A stretch of 64,000 nt of DNA from Squalus acanthias (lineage: Eukaryota): positions 64,606,001 to 64,670,000 of the forward strand of contig CM059438.1 in NCBI GenBank assembly GCA_030390025.1. The letters run 5' to 3'. Position 1 is the stretch's first letter; the number at the start of each line of letters is the position of its first letter. A model generated the notes under the pieces. It was not told the DNA's origin, made no database searches, and worked only from the letters and a program-made list of their open reading frames with translations. Positions 60,355-64,000 of this stretch are shown here, piece by piece. Made by a program: the position numbers and the translations under genes.

Positions 60355-61450
60355 ATGGGGGCTGTACTGGCAGTCGACCTCGCCCTCCAGGATCCAAGGC
60401 AGAGGGAGCGGAGGCAGTGAGGAAGATGGGAACATGCGTGCAGACTGGAGGAGTGGGGGCGCCCATCAGGGCTCTCAACAGGAGGGCTTACCCACTTAGG
60501 ATCTTCCAACAGCACTTCCCCTACCTTCAATTAAGCGAGGAGCAGTATATTAGAAGGTTACTCTTCAAGGAGGTGGTCACAGAACTCTGCTACCTCCTGC
60601 AACCAGACCTGCAGCCTCAGAGTCAGCCGAACACAGCTCTCCCGGTGGCAGTCAATGTCACCATGGCCCTCAATTTCTTCGCCAGCGGATCTTTTCAGTC
60701 TGCAGCAGGAGACATAGCGAACATCTCCCAGTTCACCATCCATCGCTGCATCGGGAGGTCAAAGAGGCCCTACTCCAGGAGAAGGGTCTATGTTGACTTC
60801 TCTCTCAGCAGAGAGAAGCAGGACGAGCATGCATGTGGCTTTGCCAGGATAGCAGACTTCCCCATGGTGCAGGGTGCCATCGACTGCACACATGTGGCTT
60901 TGCGGGCACTGCATAACAATCCTGAGATCTTCCATAACCACGAAGGCCACCACTCACTTAATGTACCATGCACAGCGAATCCTCAATGTGAATGCCCGCT
61001 ATCCTGGCAGCAGCCATGATGCCTTCATCCTGCGCCAGTCTGGCATGCCAGCAATCACCCAGCCACCACAGCAAGCTCGAGGGAGGCTGCTCGGAGACAG
61101 GGGCTATCTGCTCTCCACCTGGCTCGTGACTCCCCTCCGCAACCCCAAAACTCAATGAGAGCCATGTCTCCACCAGGGACATCGAGCAGGCCATCGGGGT
61201 TCTGAAGCAACGGTTCCGCTGCCTTGACTACTCGGGTGGAGCCCGCCAGCACTCAGCAGAGCAGGTGTCCTATTCCATGGTGGTCTGCTGCATGCTTCAC
61301 AACTTGGCGCAGCCCTTGCCAGCAGGGATTGCGGGACCACCACCACCTCAGGAGGAAGGCGAGGAGCAAGAGGACGAGGAGCAAGGGGACCCAAATCACC
61401 CATCCAGACGGGCTGTCCGTGAGCGACTATCAGACTCTGATTCACATGAA
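60355..61450 (+). pseudogene. Harbinger DDE transposase, full span but frameshifted
   Basis: GAIDCTHV, YPGSSHDAFIL, LLGDRGY, IEQAIGVLKQRFRCL, CCMLHNL across several frames. Confidence 0.92.
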
Positions 61451-61915
61451 TGAAACCCCAGATCCCATTGCTCACCACATCCCCATCATACCGTTCCTGT
61501 CTCATGGATCATCACATCCTTCTCCGGGGCACAAAGCTGAAATGATTGACACCAGAAAAGATTTCAAACAAAATCAATATATTAATCAATATTCACGTGA
61601 CACATATTTACAATAATACTATTAACTAATTCCCCTAGTGCCTGTTTTCCTAAGCTAGTGCTCCTACTGGAAGAGGAGGTGGAAGAGGCAGGCAGCAGAA
61701 GGCCATTCTGGACGGGCTGTCCGTCAGCACCTCGTCAGCCTCTGGTTCCAGTGAATGAAACCCCAGATCCCTGTTGCTCACCACTTCCCCATCTTATCGT
61801 CCCTCTGTCATGGAATATCATAACATCCTCCTGGGCACAAAGCTGAAATAAGAGCCACCACAAAACAAACATAATTTATAAATTTATCAAACACAAATCA
61901 AAACAACAGCGCCAA

Positions 61916-63885
61916 CTAATCACCCTTGTGCGTTCCCTTAATGTCTGTCTTTTCCTACTCTAGTGCTCTTACGAAGTGCTCCCCCAGTGGCTGCAGCAGG
62001 GCTGGTGAAAGGCTGCTGAGTTTCTGTGTGGGAGACTGGAGATGGCCTTGCAGGACGACCTCAGGCTGTTCTGGACCGTGAAGTCCCGGCTGTAGACGGC
62101 ACCACCTCAGCGTGGGTGGCTTCCGCGACCAGGTGGGCAACGGAGGGACTGGAGTGCATCATCACCTCCGGGGATAGAATTTTTAACTTAATTTGTTAAG
62201 TTTCCTTCTAATATGTTTTTAAATTTAGTCTTTATTGGTTGTGCCCCTTTAAAAACAGGGCACATGCTGAACTCTAAATCGGCAATTGCCGGCATTAAGA
62301 AGAGTCACATGGGTGCCAGAAGTCTGGGCTGGCTGGCTAACAGGCATCAGCAAGGGCAATGGCAGAGTGGCAGTGGTGGGAACAGAAATACAGTCATCTT
62401 GAGAGAGGGAGGACAGCAGGGTCCTGCTCCACTGACCCACTGCCACTCCCCCAGGGCAGCACCTCAGCATTCCTAGCAATCTGTTGGAGCTCAGATTGCT
62501 GGCCTGCTGATGCACCCTACAAGCCCCAGGTCAACGGTGGTAAACCCAGCCATGATGGCAGCAGTCTGAGTTTGAATGGCACCAAGCAGAGACTGCATGA
62601 GAGCAGTCTGAGCTTCCGCTGCAGCACTAAGACGCTGGGTCGCTTCCGCCCTGTGCTGCAATGGAAGCTGCCACATCGCCCATCATGTGCGCCGTCACAT
62701 CTGGGTCACCACAGTCTTTCTGGGCATGTACAATCATTTCCAGGCTGGAAATTCTCAGCTCCATGCTCTGCGCAGAGCCTCGTGCAATGTTGGAGGCGGA
62801 CTCCTTCATGCTCTTTGACATCGCCAAGGGGCTCTCTGGCAGGCCTGCCGTTGCACCAATCATTTCTGCGTGCATTCCCATCACCCTTCTTCTGAAGGCC
62901 TCCACATCCAGCAGTCCTGTGTAGCAGAACTCGCGTGTGAACTTGCCCTCTGGGGATCTGGCCCCCACACTACCCTTTCCCCCTGGCCTTGCTGCAGCCC
63001 ACTCATGCCCAATGAGTCTCCTTGTGCAGATCCCTTATCTACACTAGTCTGTAAAGTTCGCGTAGTGCTATTTTCTGAGCTAGTGTCTGAGTGAGAGATG
63101 CAGTGACGCGGTGTCTTCTGCCTCCTCACTTTCAGCAGTGCTCTCAGAGACAGGCTGCTTGTTGATTATCTGAAAGCAGAAAGGCACAAGAGTTGGGTTA
63201 TGGTGAGGGGGGGAAAAGGCAGAAATGCATGCAAACAGCATGTGTAGCTTGAAAGGTGAGAAAAGATTGTGGGCTGAGGGGGAAGTGGGATGTGAGAAAG
63301 AGGATTAGGAATGAACATACCATTGTTGGCCACAAGGGGTTCAACCTTATTGGTGGCCACGGCCTCTACCACATGGTGCCCAATGATCACCAGTACTCTC
63401 TCCTCGAGCTGGCTTAGATGTTGAAGGGCCACTTGGCCCTCACCTGTTTTGCTCCTGCTCCCTCCGATTACGTGCAACTTTGGACTGCAAGAGAAAGTAA
63501 TGTGTGAGTGAGTTTCGTGCAATGTGTTTGGGTGATGTTCCTGCCATAGTTGAATAGCTATTGTGTGCAAGGTGTGAGATGTAGGTGAGAGTGTTGATAG
63601 GTGGAGATTGTTGCTTTGAGAGTGCTGGGAGTTTGGTGCATTGAGCAGTGTGTGAAGCTTGTGGTAAAGATGGTGGCATTTGTTGAAGCCTTCACTCACC
63701 TTCACCACCTGTGTGAGGTCATTAAACTTCTTCCTTCACTGGGTGGGCATCCTCACATCAAATGCTCCTGCCAGTTTGCAGGTACAGGATGGCCCGCTTC
63801 CTCTCCACCCAAAATACCAGTGCCTGCTGAACTTCATCAGAGAACCTACGGGCTCTCTCCCTCCATCTAGGTTCTGCCTTGATGA
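61916..63885 (-). pseudogene. Harbinger Myb/SANT-like gene with two introns, disrupted
   Basis: RARRFSDE at about 63835-63858, RKKFNDLTQVVK, introns 63699-63485 and 63320-63170 with GT-AG ends, EAFRRRVMGMHAEMIGA homologous to 14215-14560. Confidence 0.82.
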
Positions 63886-64000
63886 CTAGTAACTTCTGTT
63901 CTTTGTCCTGAAGCTTCTTTACTATTGGGACAGCTAACTACCCAAACAATGAGGTTCAGCAGCATTAATGTACCTCCCCTTTAAGGAGTGGAAATAGCCT

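Larger units (their letters stand above)
59865..64000. mobile_element. Decayed two-gene PIF/Harbinger transposon (copy 2), running off the window
   Basis: Terminus GGCCTAGAAATTC; colinear in reverse with 13500-16931. Confidence 0.88.

Noticed and set aside
60355..61450. Domesticated HARBI1 gene (also 15423-16124)
   Set aside because: Stops and frameshifts, adjacent Myb/SANT partner and terminal repeat show these are transposon copies.

Overview
Repeat-dense vertebrate genomic DNA, most likely from a cartilaginous fish (inferred from HE1-like V-SINE, SacSINE1-like DeuSINEs and the CR1/Penelope repertoire). I could not recognise any host protein-coding exon; nearly all listed ORFs are transposon-derived or antisense shadows, so this is probably intergenic DNA or a large intron. 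Contents: (1) two decayed two-gene PIF/Harbinger transposons (9660-16931 and 59865 to beyond 64000), each with a DDE transposase and a convergent intron-containing Myb/SANT-like gene, plus several non-autonomous derivatives with GGG-starting TIRs and 3-bp TSDs; (2) many CR1 and L2 LINE fragments and their partner SINEs; (3) four Penelope-like end fragments carrying minimal hammerhead ribozyme motifs, one forming a near-perfect 231-bp-arm palindrome with a 13-bp TSD (4824-5339); (4) two solo LTRs, including a young, CpG-rich 1613-bp one with a 4-bp TSD (28407-30019); (5) a 22-bp minisatellite of about 22 copies born at the 5' truncation point of a CR1 (43178-43660). All alignments were done by eye; boundaries of old repeats are approximate.
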